A stretch of DNA of 63,599 bases, counting the filler, from Octopus bimaculoides (Eukaryota), in NCBI RefSeq assembly GCF_001194135.2. It is 5 parts of 4 records of this genome, joined end to end, with 100 filler letters (N's around TTAATTAATTAA, not from the genome) between each part and the next. Parts side by side here need not be neighbours in the genome. Positions count along the whole stretch, not along the records: positions 19,723 to 27,447 come from NC_068984.1; positions 27,548 to 41,350 come from NC_069009.1; 3 more parts are not named here. The stretch is one strand, 5' to 3'. Position numbers and translations under genes: made by a program. This document shows positions 25,845 through 36,690 of the stretch, one piece after another (positions within the stretch are counted from its first letter, which is position 1; each line of letters starts with the position of its first letter). The notes under the pieces are model-generated. The model saw nothing but the letters and a program-made list of their open reading frames with translations, was not told the origin of the DNA and did not search any database.

Positions 25845-26540
25845 GTATTATGTAGATCATTAACAGGAGCCTTTACGTATTCATACAACCTACTAGAAAC
25901 AGCAGCCACACGTCTCTCAAATCAAACTCCATTATCTATGCTAACCACTCACCTTCTTTCCAACTCATGGATTAAAATAACGCCACCTAGTTGACTAGCC
26001 ACATATTAGGTCTGAGGACCAATTCCATGCCACATACAATGAAGTGGAAAATCATAGAAAAGCTCATGCCATATGTTAATGGATCAAAAAAAATACAAGT
26101 ATTGCATACCTCAAAGATCACATATCCATTTTAGATCTATGAATTCCACCACACTGCTGAATTTCAGATCAGAAATTTTCAACAAATGTAAACATATAGG
26201 CAAATTTCTTTGCCAAATTTTAGAACAACCCTCTCTGGATTGAGCACAAACTTCCATTGATTCTATGTCATCTAGCCTAATGACTTTACAGTCAAAGGGG
26301 GCATAATGCTAATTCTTTGTTTTTGTTTTTTTCTTTTCTTTGTTCAAATTTTGTATCATATCATTTTTTGAATCAACTTTTATTTTGATTTTTCTTCTAC
26401 ATTCTCTTGTTCCATTGTCCTGAGTTGTAACTTGCATAGGCCATGTGCCCAGAGCCTGAAGATTACTTGATGACACTAGGTATGCTTTAAAACCTGCCTA
26501 GATAAGATCTTCAATGTATGAAACTGTTAGTAGCTCATAA
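25845..26540 (+). mobile_element. Decayed Naiad-type PLE 3' end (GIY-YIG C-terminus plus 3' region with hammerhead)
   Basis: NAT*LTSHI...MKWKIIEK..PYVNGSKK and LLNFRSEIFNKCKHIGKF match the end of the 2536-2904 protein type. Confidence 0.75.
26452..26536 (+). ncRNA. Type I hammerhead ribozyme with canonical core and long stem II
   Basis: GAGC-CUGAAGA-U-[UAC/UUGA...CUAGG...CCUAG...UCAA/GUA]-U-GAA-ACU(GUU)AGU-A-GCUC; predicted cleavage after 26532. Confidence 0.8.
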
Positions 26541-26622
26541 CTATATACTATGTACATTAAATAATATCACTCAATAGATGGAGTATTTTTTTGTTGATTT
26601 CACCTGAATGGAAAAGTAAAGT

Positions 26623-26669
<47 letters not shown>

Positions 26670-26992
26670 GGGCAAGGAATTGCCAATTAGTTAATAAAAT
26701 TAATAATTAGCAATTTTGCCGAGTAGTTCAGTATGCAAAAAAACCTTTATTGGTAAAACATTTATAATTATAATCATATAGGGATCCGCATGAGTTGCTT
26801 CACCAGCATACTTAAAATTTAGAAATAGCAGTCAAAGAACTACTAATTCTAATTACAATTTTTTTTTTCTCTAAGCAACTCATGCTGATCCCTATATGTT
26901 TATAATTATATATATTTATTTATTTATTTATTTATGTGTTTCAGCCAAGTGGCTGCGGTCATGCTGGTGCACCACATATATATATATATATG

Positions 26993-27039
<47 letters not shown>

Positions 27040-27040
<1 letters not shown>

Positions 27041-27410
27041 GAGGTGCAATGGCCCAGTGACTAGGGCACCAGACTCGTGGTCATAGGATTGTGGCTTCGA
27101 TTCCAAGACCAGGTGTTGTGAGTGTTTATTGAGCAAAAACACCTAAAGCTCCATGAGGCTCTGGAAGAGGGTAGTGGTGAACCCTGCTGTACTCTTTTAC
27201 CACAACTTTCTCTCACTCTTTCTTCCTGTTTCTGCTGTACTTGTATTTCAAAGGTCCAGCCTTGTCACACACTGTGTCATGCTGAATCTCCCTGAGAACT
27301 ACATTAAGGGTACACATGTCTGTGGAGTGCTCAGCCACTTGCATGTTAATTTCACAAGCACGCTGTTCTGTTGATTGGATCAACTGGAACCCTCCGACGG
27401 AGTGCGACCA
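27040..27410 (+). mobile_element. tRNA-derived SINE family S2
   Basis: Head with A box (tggcccagtg) and B box (gttcgattcc-like). Copies at 32946-33326, 39856-40224, 42865-43148, 43587-43830 and 59708-59935; head only at 29812-29853. Confidence 0.85.
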
Positions 27411-27447
<37 letters not shown>

Positions 27448-27544
27448 NNNNNNNNNNNNNNNNNNNNNNNNNNNNNNNNNNNNNNNNNNNNTTAATTAAT
27501 TAANNNNNNNNNNNNNNNNNNNNNNNNNNNNNNNNNNNNNNNNN

Positions 27545-27735
27545 NNNTATATAGGGAGAATTCACGAAAAAACAACAGACGAAGACAGTTGATGTAAACA
27601 ACAAATGGATGTATTAGTATAACGCTCGGGAATTGGGAAAGTCTTTAACGTTTCGAGCCTGCGCTCTTCAACAGAAAGGAACACAGAAAAAAACAAGGAG
27701 AGAAAAAAATATGTGTAGTGGTCAGCGATCTATCA
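27545..27735 (-). mobile_element. PLE-type terminal repeat with a variant hammerhead-like motif at 27643-27678
   Basis: CUUU-CUGUUGA-A-GAGC(GCAG)GCUC-GAAACGUU-AAAG. Confidence 0.55.
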
Positions 27736-27818
27736 TGATATATATAGGTATATGTATGTATGTATGTATGTATGTATTTATGTCTGCATCTATACATATG
27801 TATTTAATCCTGTTTCAG

Positions 27819-27976
27819 TTTAGAAAACAACATAGAAATATTTGCAATTTACTGCGCTGTACCTAGTGAAATTAGGAAAGATGAAGCTATGCAGAATATT
27901 AACAATGTTCTGAATACATCACTGACTTTGCGTAACTTAAGAATTCCGCACCGTAACATAGAATTAATTGGAGAAA
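27819..27976 (+). CDS. aGPCR exon c (phase 2 to 1): LENNIEIFAIYCAVPSEIRKDEAMQNINNVLNTSLTLRNLRIPHRNIELIGE
   Basis: taatcctgtttcag acceptor and GAAA|gtaagt donor; open frame is in phase with the next exon. Confidence 0.85.
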
Positions 27977-28250
27977 GTAAGTAGTGCGTTTCTTATTATT
28001 TTTATACCAATCAAAATCTTCATATCATCATCGCGAAATATTCAGCGGCATTTCGTTCGTATTCACGTTCTGATTTCAAATTCCGCCGAGGTTGACTTTG
28101 CCTTTTGGCCTTCTGGGCTTGATAAAATAAGTACCAGTTGAGTACCGGGGACGATGTAATGGACTCACCCTCTCCCCTGAAATTGCCGGCCTTGTTGCAA
28201 AATTTGAAATCGGTGCATATCTCACGCATATGTTTTTTCTTCTTTTTCAG

Positions 28251-28362
28251 TGTTTTGTAATGAAGACTCATCAACTGACAATGGTACTTTTTATTGGCCG
28301 ATGACAAAAATAGGAAAAAACGTGACGATTCCATGCCATGCAAATGTAGCAAGAAGACACTG
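28251..28362 (+). CDS. aGPCR HormR exon 1: MFCNEDSSTDNGTFYWPMTKIGKNVTIPCHANVARRH(C)
   Basis: Long polypyrimidine tract then cag; C..WP.T..G....PC HormR signature; donor TG|gttcgt is atypical. Confidence 0.92.
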
Positions 28363-29608
28363 GTTCGTTTGTATTATTTTGTTTCTTCTCAAATTTCGAA
28401 GTTTTCACTTTCATCTCTTTGTGAGAGAATGTTACACAGTAAACTAAATAAAACACCTACAGAGATTACGATTACAGAATTTATGTTCGTCAATTCAAAA
28501 CATTTAACACTGTTTTACATTCTATACTAAGTGGTATAATTTTGTCTTGATCTACCAAGGATTTGGTTAGCAGCCAATATGATCGAAAGTTTTAAAGATT
28601 TTGTTGTATAGATTCATGTAATTACCTGGATATTCACGTCACAAATTGACCGTAGGAAAGGAAATACATATTTATTTACGCAGCCAACAGAATCTATCAG
28701 CAATTCTACTGATTTCAGAGTAAACTTTGTTTGAAATGTTAGCACAAGGCCAGCAATGTCGGGGTAGGGATGTAAGTCGATTAAATCGACCCTGATGTTC
28801 AACTGGTACTTCTTTTATCGACTCCGGAAGGATGAAAGGCAAAGTCGACCTCAGAACGTTAAGACGGATGAGATACCGCTAAGCATTTCGTCCGGTGCTC
28901 TAACGATTCAGCCAGATCACCACTTTATTTCAGGGTAATATTATTTATTCAATTATATGATTGCCTTAGAAAAACATGCTTTGTTGCTACATGGTGGTGA
29001 GCGAAGAAAGCAGACCGTCCTAGGACTTGACCCATCATTATGAAATGTAACACGGTGATTCTTCTTTCGTTTCCACTACACCATTCCACGTGCTAAATCT
29101 CTAAATCGTTCCTCTCGGGGGCTGAATTTTATAAGGTTTAAAACAAGATCAAAAAGCGAAATTAGTCAAATCTGTGCATGTAAAGGAAAATCTACTTCCG
29201 CCGCTATAGCTACTGATGATCATCGTCATAATCCTCATGTTATGATGATGACGATGACGATGACGAAATATAAATAGGTAAGTCTCCCATTCAGCAGCAT
29301 AGTAAATTAATATTTCACCACCCACACCATTCAAAGCAACCTTGTATTAAATAATCATGACAGCAAATTGTAATAAATAAAAGCAGAAGAAGCAATATCT
29401 GGCTATAAAATATTTTACATTAGTATTGAAGATTGGGAGGTGGAGTAAATAATATATCGCGGACAAAATACATTACAGCATTTGTCCTTGTTCCGTTAGA
29501 TTATGAGTTCAAATCACGACCTGGTCAATGTAATTCTTGCATTCCTCTGAGATGGGTGAAATAAGCGCGATCAAACACGACTGACAATGTATTACATTTA
29601 AATTTCAG

Positions 29609-29778
29609 CTCTTCCAGAAAGGCGGTAGATCTAGAAATACAAACAAACCAAAATATGATATCACGAGAGTGTTCGCCATTTACCGGTATCTGGCAGGAGC
29701 CAGACATGTCTCAGTGTTACAATACAGAGTGGATCACTCGACAACTAAAGAACATCACAAGCCAAGACATCGATGAAG
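29609..29778 (+). CDS. aGPCR HormR exon 2: SSRKAVDLEIQTNQNMISRECSPFTGIWQEPDMSQCYNTEWITRQLKNITSQDIDE
   Basis: tttcag acceptor and GAAG|gtgagt donor; W..PD.S.C motif completes the HormR domain. Confidence 0.93.
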
Positions 29779-30641
29779 GTGAGTAAAAAATGGTTTCGAA
29801 ATATTCTTATAACCGCGAGTCCGCTGCCCTAACCATTGGGCCATTGCGCCTCCGCTGTCTGTTGCTATAACATAGTAAAATCAAGGACATTTTTTGAAAG
29901 TATTCAATGATGTTATGACTTCAATTTCCGTCATGGCCGTGATGATGACTTATCTATATTAAGATTAGATCAGCGAATAGTTTTTGTTGTCTTTTTCTTT
30001 CTTGATTCACCTTGTCATTAGAACAATAACTTTATTCAAATTTACGGCCATTTATGATGGTGTCTCACAGCTACGATACGCCATCGTAAACATAGACTGA
30101 CGTATCACCGCTCATTGGTTGTCATTATTTGCAAAGCATCCATCAACAAGTGTATATCTTACTCAGCTATAAAGGATCCTTGTCCAATTAATGATACAAA
30201 ATAGGAGAAACTAAGGATGTATAACAATGAGTATTGGTCCTAAAGCTGGCACAAAAATCGCCATTAAAGAGAAACTGCATGAACAGTATCACGTCGGCAC
30301 CAGTGTAATGGTGAAAGGAAAGAAAGGGAACAAGGAATAGAATTTTTCTTTCTCTCTCTCTTGTGCAACTGTTACTTCAACACACATAACAAGAACAACA
30401 ACAAGATTATTGTTTCTCAACATCGGCTTTGTTTTTGTGTCCTCGTATCGAGAAAATTTTATTCCTTGTTCCCTTTTTTTCCTTTCACCATTACAAGTAT
30501 ATAACTGATGAATTGAACGCATTAAGCAGTCTTTGTGCTACTATCTCATTAATTGTTCTGTTGTGTTTAATTTGCATCTAGTATTTCGTCTCAGAGCGGT
30601 TGTAAAGTCCCTTAAATTTTATGTTAAATTTCCCATTGCAG

Positions 30642-30873
30642 AAAACGTTGAGCCGGTTTCAACAAAACTCCTGAATATTTCAGAGAAATCAGTGTATTTC
30701 AAAGCAGAAGATATTGACTTGGCTGTAGACACACTTGAGAAAATGGTGCCATTGATATCGAATGTGTCCGTCAATATAACACTGAACAATATACTTCCTA
30801 GCATCAACTATATGATAAACAAACCGGAAGAGGTTTTGGTTGAAGCTGGACAGTCAGAGAGAACTGGGGAAAG
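30642..30873 (+). CDS. aGPCR GAIN subdomain A exon: ENVEPVSTKLLNISEKSVYFKAEDIDLAVDTLEKM...GQSERTGER
   Basis: ttgcag acceptor and AG|gtaaaa donor; amphipathic helical GAIN-A-like sequence; phases 1 to 2. Confidence 0.92.
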
Positions 30874-30904
30874 GTAAAATTCATATCACATTTGTTGTTA
30901 GTGC

Positions 30905-30945
<41 letters not shown>

Positions 30946-31139
30946 AAGAAGAAGAAGAAGAAGAAGAAGAAGAAGAAGAAGAAGAAGAAGAAGAAGAAGA
31001 AGAAGAAGAAATGGCATCGGCAGCAATAGTAGCACATAAATATTTACTAATCAATATAATTAGTGCAATTACATCTATAGTGAATTACGTATTTGAAACA
31101 TGCTATCAGTTGAAAGTTGCTTTTTCGGTTTTCTTACAG

Positions 31140-31311
31140 AATGCTGGACGTCATAGAAATAATCCCAGAAAAGATTCCACTGGAAAAGCAGCAAGTCGCG
31201 GTTTCGTATTCTAATCTTGCTATTGGTGCTGCCAAAGTGGATAAAGACACTTTCAATGGTCTGATCTTTGCTGTTTCATATGGAACCAATGAAACGAAAG
31301 CGAGGAGTGAG
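31140..31311 (+). CDS. aGPCR GAIN exon: MLDVIEIIPEKIPLEKQQVAVSYSNLAIGAAKVDKDTFNGLIFAVSYGTNETKARSE
   Basis: ttcttacag acceptor and GAG|gtacga donor; phases 2 to 0. Confidence 0.92.
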
Positions 31312-31810
31312 GTACGATACTGTCTCTTGATTACTCTCTTATCAAGTGTCTCTTTTAAACCGCCATGAAATACATTAAGTAAGAAATACATTAGAAAGAA
31401 ATACATTAGTAAGAAATGTAATATCTTTATTGTCAGATGTGGTTGTTATAGTACAAAGCTTCATNNNNNNNNNNNNNNNNNNNNNNNNNNNNNNNNNNNN
31501 NNNNNNNNNNNNNNNNNNNNNNNNNNNNNNNNNNNNNNNNNNNNNNNNNNNNNNNNNNNNNNNNNNNNNNNNNNNNNNNNNNNNNNNNNNNNNNNNNNNN
31601 NNNNNNNNNNNNNNNNNNNNNNNNNNNNNNNNNNNNNNNNNNNNNNNNNNNNNNNNNNNNNNNNNNNNNNNNNNNNNNNNNNNNNNNNNNNNNNNNNNNN
31701 NNNNNNNNNNNNNNNNNTTATAAATTCTTATGGCGTCAGCAACATTCAGCAGCAGTAGTATTTTTTTTTTATCCATCAATTTCAATTTTTCTTTCATTTT
31801 TATCCACCAG

Positions 31811-31957
31811 ATATATAACAACTCAAACTCACAAGTAGAAGATGTGATGGACTTCATTTCTTTACCAAAGAGTTTATTAAAACATCTGAATGACGAAGAA
31901 CAGTCAAGTCTTTCAAGGATTTCGTTTTTGTCTATGCATGAAGATAAGCTTTATAAG
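31811..31957 (+). CDS. aGPCR GAIN exon: IYNNSNSQVEDVMDFISLPKSLLKHLNDEEQSSLSRISFLSMHEDKLYK
   Basis: Polypyrimidine tract then ccag, AAG|gtattg donor; ISLP.SL and RI.F....D.LY are GAIN-B motifs. Confidence 0.93.
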
Positions 31958-32642
31958 GTATTGTACAAAAATGGAATTATTTCTTAAGGGGGTTCGCAAA
32001 AGAATGCCTGAATTCATTGCTACTTTTTGATAACGAAAGAAACAATATTAATATAACACAAGAGCTTTGATGAATTGCTTCATCACACCAAGTTATATGT
32101 GCTGTGAGGAGAAGGGAAACGATGTTTTTCCTATCAACCAGGCGGTCATTAACGATGTTTATGTCACACGGCGTCAAACTGTTTCTTGGGGGTGGGAGTC
32201 ATCCTTTTTTCACCCAGTGATCCTTTGTAACCCTACTGTCCCAGTAACACAAGAGACAAGAGTACTTAGAGTAACCTCCTTGCTGGCCCAGTAGAAGGTT
32301 TACCATTTTCAACTATTGTAGAAATCATTTATCTCAAAGTGCCATGCAGTGAGATTGAACGCAGGATACGTTGATTACCAAGAGACCGTCTTAAGTGCAC
32401 AGACATACCAACAGCTCTTAATGCAAACAATTTGTATATAAAAGCAAGTTATCCATTCCTTAGAGCAAGGACAATCCTCTGCTATGAACTCACATGTAAT
32501 ATATATTGTAATATATATTGTATTAAGTTGTGCTGACTAAAGCAATGATGTACAACTCTGGCGTTTGGTTTCATGCTTTAACGATGTATTAATAAACTTT
32601 TCTATGAAACTAAATACTTTATCTAACGGCTTCTCTTTGCAG

Positions 32643-32771
32643 GTAACACAAAAATCTAGTCCCAAAGCAAATGCTAAAATTAACAGCCATATTATTGCTG
32701 CAAATATTCCTAACGTTCAAATAACCAAGCTTGATGAACCAATTAGAATATCCTTCAACGTAATAGATCCG
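32643..32771 (+). CDS. aGPCR GAIN exon: VTQKSSPKANAKINSHIIAANIPNVQITKLDEPIRISFNVIDP
   Basis: ctctttgcag acceptor and CCG|gtaagc donor; INS.II.A and L.EPI.I.F GAIN motifs. Confidence 0.94.
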
Positions 32772-32945
32772 GTAAGCACTATGTAGTTGTTGTTGTTGTT
32801 GTTTCATTGCAAAGGTCATGCTTCACTCCTGACGTAAACGTGGACCACGGCGGTACAAAAAGTATTAGTAATAGTAGCTGTTACTGTGTTGACAGCTATA
32901 ACTTATTGTATGTTGATATTTTATCACCATTATATTGTTTCAATG

Positions 32946-33326
32946 TGGAGGCACAATGGTCCAGTGGTTAGGGCAGCGGACTCGCGGTCATAGGATCACG
33001 GTTTCGATTCCCAGACCGGGCGTTGTGAGTGTTTATTGAGCGAAAACACCTAAAAGCTCCACGAGGCTCCGGCAGGGGATGGTGGCGAACCCTGCTGTAC
33101 TCTTTCACCACAACTTTCTCTCGCTCTTACTTCCTCTTTCTGCTGTGCCTGTAATTCAAAGTGTCAGCCTTGTCCCACTGTGTCACGCGGAATCTCCCCG
33201 AGAACTACGTCAAGGGTACACGTGTCTGTGGAGTGCTCAGCCACTTGCACGTTAATTTCACGAGCAGGCTGTTCCATTGATCGGATCAACTGGAACTCTC
33301 GACGTCGGAAGCGACGGAGTGCCAAC
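32946..33326 (+). mobile_element. SINE S2, full length, in the intron before the GPS exon
   Basis: A and B boxes intact (tggtccagtgg; ggtttcgattccc). Confidence 0.9.
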
Positions 33327-33567
33327 AACTACATAGATTTATAAACGAGATGGAATAATCAGTTAAGCTACATTGCAAACAGTGATGTTGAATTCACAAT
33401 GTCAATACTAACCAAACGTTGATGACCATCGTCTCTTCTGTTATTTTGTTAGTCAATTTAAATTCATTACATGTATTTTAATTGCTTGCATATTAATTTA
33501 GATTCATTTCAAGTATTCCAATTGCAAAGTAATTTGATTAAATTATCAGAACTTAAATTTTTTCCAG

Positions 33568-33720
33568 GATTTAACCAATCCACAATGTGTTTATTGGCAT
33601 GAATCTCCTGAACAGAATAATTCTCATTGGTCAACAGAAGACTGTGATATAGCCACCTCTGGACCTGGAGAGAAAGTGCTTTGTTCCTGTCACCTTCTTA
33701 CAAGTTATGCCCTGTTAATG
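33568..33720 (+). CDS. aGPCR GPS exon: DLTNPQCVYWHESPEQNNSHWSTEDCDIATSGPGEKVLCSCHLLTSYALLM
   Basis: tttttccag acceptor and ATG|gttagt donor; C.YW...WS...C...C.C...T..A.LM GPS pattern. Confidence 0.96.
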
Positions 33721-34034
33721 GTTAGTAACATTTTGACAAGTTAATTGTCTGTAATTTGGAAATTGTGCCTAAGCATTAATAATTTCAACAGCTATTAAAC
33801 CTAGTGTTGGTGGTTATTTTAGTAAACATATGAGGTTGATAAATTGTAAAACGTCACAGTTGTTCTCGCTTCTCTTGTTGTTTATTAGTTTAAACTCAAG
33901 ATGTTGTCCTTTACAGGGACCAAGCTACCATCCTCAATCAAATGCATGCAAATTCTCCCCCAATACGAGAGAAACAGTCACCGCTCTTGGTTTAAAATTT
34001 ATTGTGTTGCAACTATCTGAATGGTAGTCTAAAT

Positions 34035-34315
34035 CAGGGGTTTTCAAACTTTTTGACTTGCGGACCCCTTTATATTTCAGGCTTTACCTTAGGGACCTCC
34101 CTTATAAAGGCTTATGAAATTTATACATAAATATTTGCTTAAAATAACATATATTTTTACATTTGTTTATTTAACAGTATTTAACAAATAGGTTTATTGT
34201 CAATTAAAAGATTTCGATTAAAAAACATATATAAAATCAAATTGCCCATAAAAAGTATTTGCTGTCCACGGACCCCCCTGTCTTGTCCTTGCGGACCACT
34301 GTTTGAAAACCCATG
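34035..34315. mobile_element. hAT (Charlie-like) MITE family A
   Basis: cagggg ttttcaaac TIR; TSD gtctaaat / gtctaagt; inverse of 41015-41311. Confidence 0.9.
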
Positions 34316-35395
34316 GTCTAAGTGACAGAGACATATTTGATATATACTAGATCTCCATACCACAATAAATATGTTTGCGGCTTAGATGTTAAACCCTTGG
34401 TCTCTTGATGATCCTGTTGCAAAGTATAAACTCTCATTCACGAGATTTCTCCACCTGAGACTTTTATGTCAATAATGCACAGGTTTCCAATATCTGTCAG
34501 TTTTACAACACCTCTGCTACCCATAAAAATAAAACATACCCCTATCCATTGTACATATTTTAGCCTAAAGGAATAGTTGAAGTAATGCAATATGATACTT
34601 CACTCTATACCAGTTCTACTATCACCTGACATCACAAGGACAGAGATTAAATGGTTGAGTCACGGATGTCGTGTCTCATTGTCAGTGTTGTCAGGAACAT
34701 TATTGAATCAATTCACCTGTTGTCTCTTTGTTATTGTCTTCATTCCTGTTATCTCTTTTTTCCAAAGCAGTTTTAATTTCACATTTCTTTCTGCATCCAG
34801 ATATTCATTCATCACATATTTCCAAACAAGCTTGTTCCATTTTGTCATGGCTCACAATCTATAGTATCCATGACCAAAACATCTCTGAAGTGGACAAGTC
34901 CTCCTACTTCTTAAAAACAACTGGAACTATAGTATAGTACCAAGGATCTTATAAAGCAATATTATCTTCATTTTTTCCTGATGTTAAGTAAATGAGAAAA
35001 AAATAACTACTTCTTACAAACAATACCAGTCTATCTCAGTTAACAGATAGTTTACGTAAAGCAGCTTGAATTAGTTGTACTGACAACATATACTAAGATA
35101 TACCTTCAGTGGATTTGAGCTCAAGAGCGATGGGTTGGTGGTACGTTCTAACTCGACTTAGAAATCTCATATATATATTATAAAGACAGTGAAACTTCAT
35201 ATTAGAATTAGCTGTCATTTAACGGGTAATAGAAGATGACCCCCGCTAATATATTGTTTTTAATGCAGCTAACTGTAGTTCTCACCTCCAATATCAACAT
35301 TATATGCACACAAATTATTTATATAAGTCTTGACTTAGCATATAAGGAAGGAAGAGGAGGAGGGAATAATTCGTTGTTGTCTGTTTCTATTACAG

Positions 35396-35508
35396 GAATC
35401 CGATGAAAATGAAGGCGATACAAAGAATAATCATCTCTTATCTTTTATTAGCAGTGGAATATCACTTCTCTGTCTCATTCTTACCATGATAGTTCATGTT
35501 TGTTCCAC
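35396..35508 (+). CDS. aGPCR TM1 exon: ESDENEGDTKNNHLLSFISSGISLLCLILTMIVHVCS
   Basis: ttctattacag acceptor and AC|gtaagc donor; hydrophobic helix with GIS..CL motif. Confidence 0.92.
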
Positions 35509-35871
35509 GTAAGCATATCAGTTTCTATTTCCTTTCATAAACTGTTTAAATACAGAAAAACAGCATCCATTAGTTTGTGGATCTCTCACAGATTGGTAAA
35601 ATTGATGTAGTTGATATCTGCAGGAAAAACCATGGATGAGCACAAAAAATAATAAACGTAGTATTTTATGTCTCATACAAGTCATTATACACAGATATTT
35701 TACACCACATCTATATACATTCTATATTTAAATTTGATATATCATGTATATCCCAAGTGACCATCACCCATACACACAGTTGTATCTATTATTCATGGGT
35801 TGAGTGATTTAATGTTTTATGAGATTTAAACTTCGTTAGATGAATTATTACTTCCTTTTTAATTATTTCAG

Positions 35872-35995
35872 AAATCTGTGGAAATTAACGGATTCAAAAA
35901 TGTTGGTAAACATGTGCAGTTCTTTAACTGTCGCTAATCTTGTCTTTGTTGTTGGGTTGCTGGGATATGGTACAGAAATAACAGCTGTTTGTAAG
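35872..35995 (+). CDS. aGPCR TM2 exon: NLWKLTDSKMLVNMCSSLTVANLVFVVGLLGYGTEITAVCK
   Basis: attatttcag acceptor and AAG|gtaagt donor; includes the ECL1/TM3 cysteine. Confidence 0.94.
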
Positions 35996-36079
35996 GTAAG
36001 TGAAACCACATTAAGCCAGTACATGTTTTGGTTTATATCAAAGATTATGAACAATAGATTTTACCGTTAATAGCTTTAA

Positions 36080-36343
36080 TCCAAGAACTTGGGAGGTAAA
36101 ACAGTTGTAGTGATACCAATAATTGTCGGAGCCCTGGGAACAGTGAGTAAAAATGTCGAGAAGTACATGGAACAAATAGGGGCTGCAGTAAGGGTGAAAC
36201 ACTTGCAGAGAACAGCACTGCTTGGAACCGCTCGAATACTCCGGAAGGTGCTCGAAAAATAAGAGGTGTTACCTTAGTTCACTGGTAGTGAACAGCTGAC
36301 ACCGTAGTACATCTCCAGCGTTAGGAGCTGTGCAAAGACAATA

Positions 36344-36410
<67 letters not shown>
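36080..36410 (+). mobile_element. Dong/R4-clade LINE 3' end with (AAT)n tail
   Basis: 36098-36262 reads KTVVVIPIIVGALGTVSKNVEKYMEQIG...LQRTALLGTARILRKVLEK*. Confidence 0.88.
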
Positions 36411-36417
<7 letters not shown>

Positions 36418-36598
36418 CATCGAAAACTACCTTAGGAATGAGAACCCAGGGTTCGAAATTTCCCCAAGACACTTGATGAAAGCTGGAGGGTATATGAACC
36501 GAAACGTTGTGTTAACAACAAGCAAGATGAGGAGAAATATCCGTCAAATGTAAATAATGTACATAATTCCTCATCTCTTAAATATAGAACTGTATTAT
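36418..36598 (+). mobile_element. Hammerhead-bearing short repeat module (same family as 61528-61890 and 63198-63420), stem II damaged
   Basis: GACAC-UUGAUGA-A-[mismatched stem II]-GAAACGUU-GUGUU at 36468-36513. Confidence 0.75.
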
Positions 36599-36690
36599 CT
36601 ATACTCCATCCTCGCAAATTAATATATATTCGAGATCATATGTCAATGTCAGATATTATTACTGTTATCGTTTTTTTTCTGTTTGTGTAG

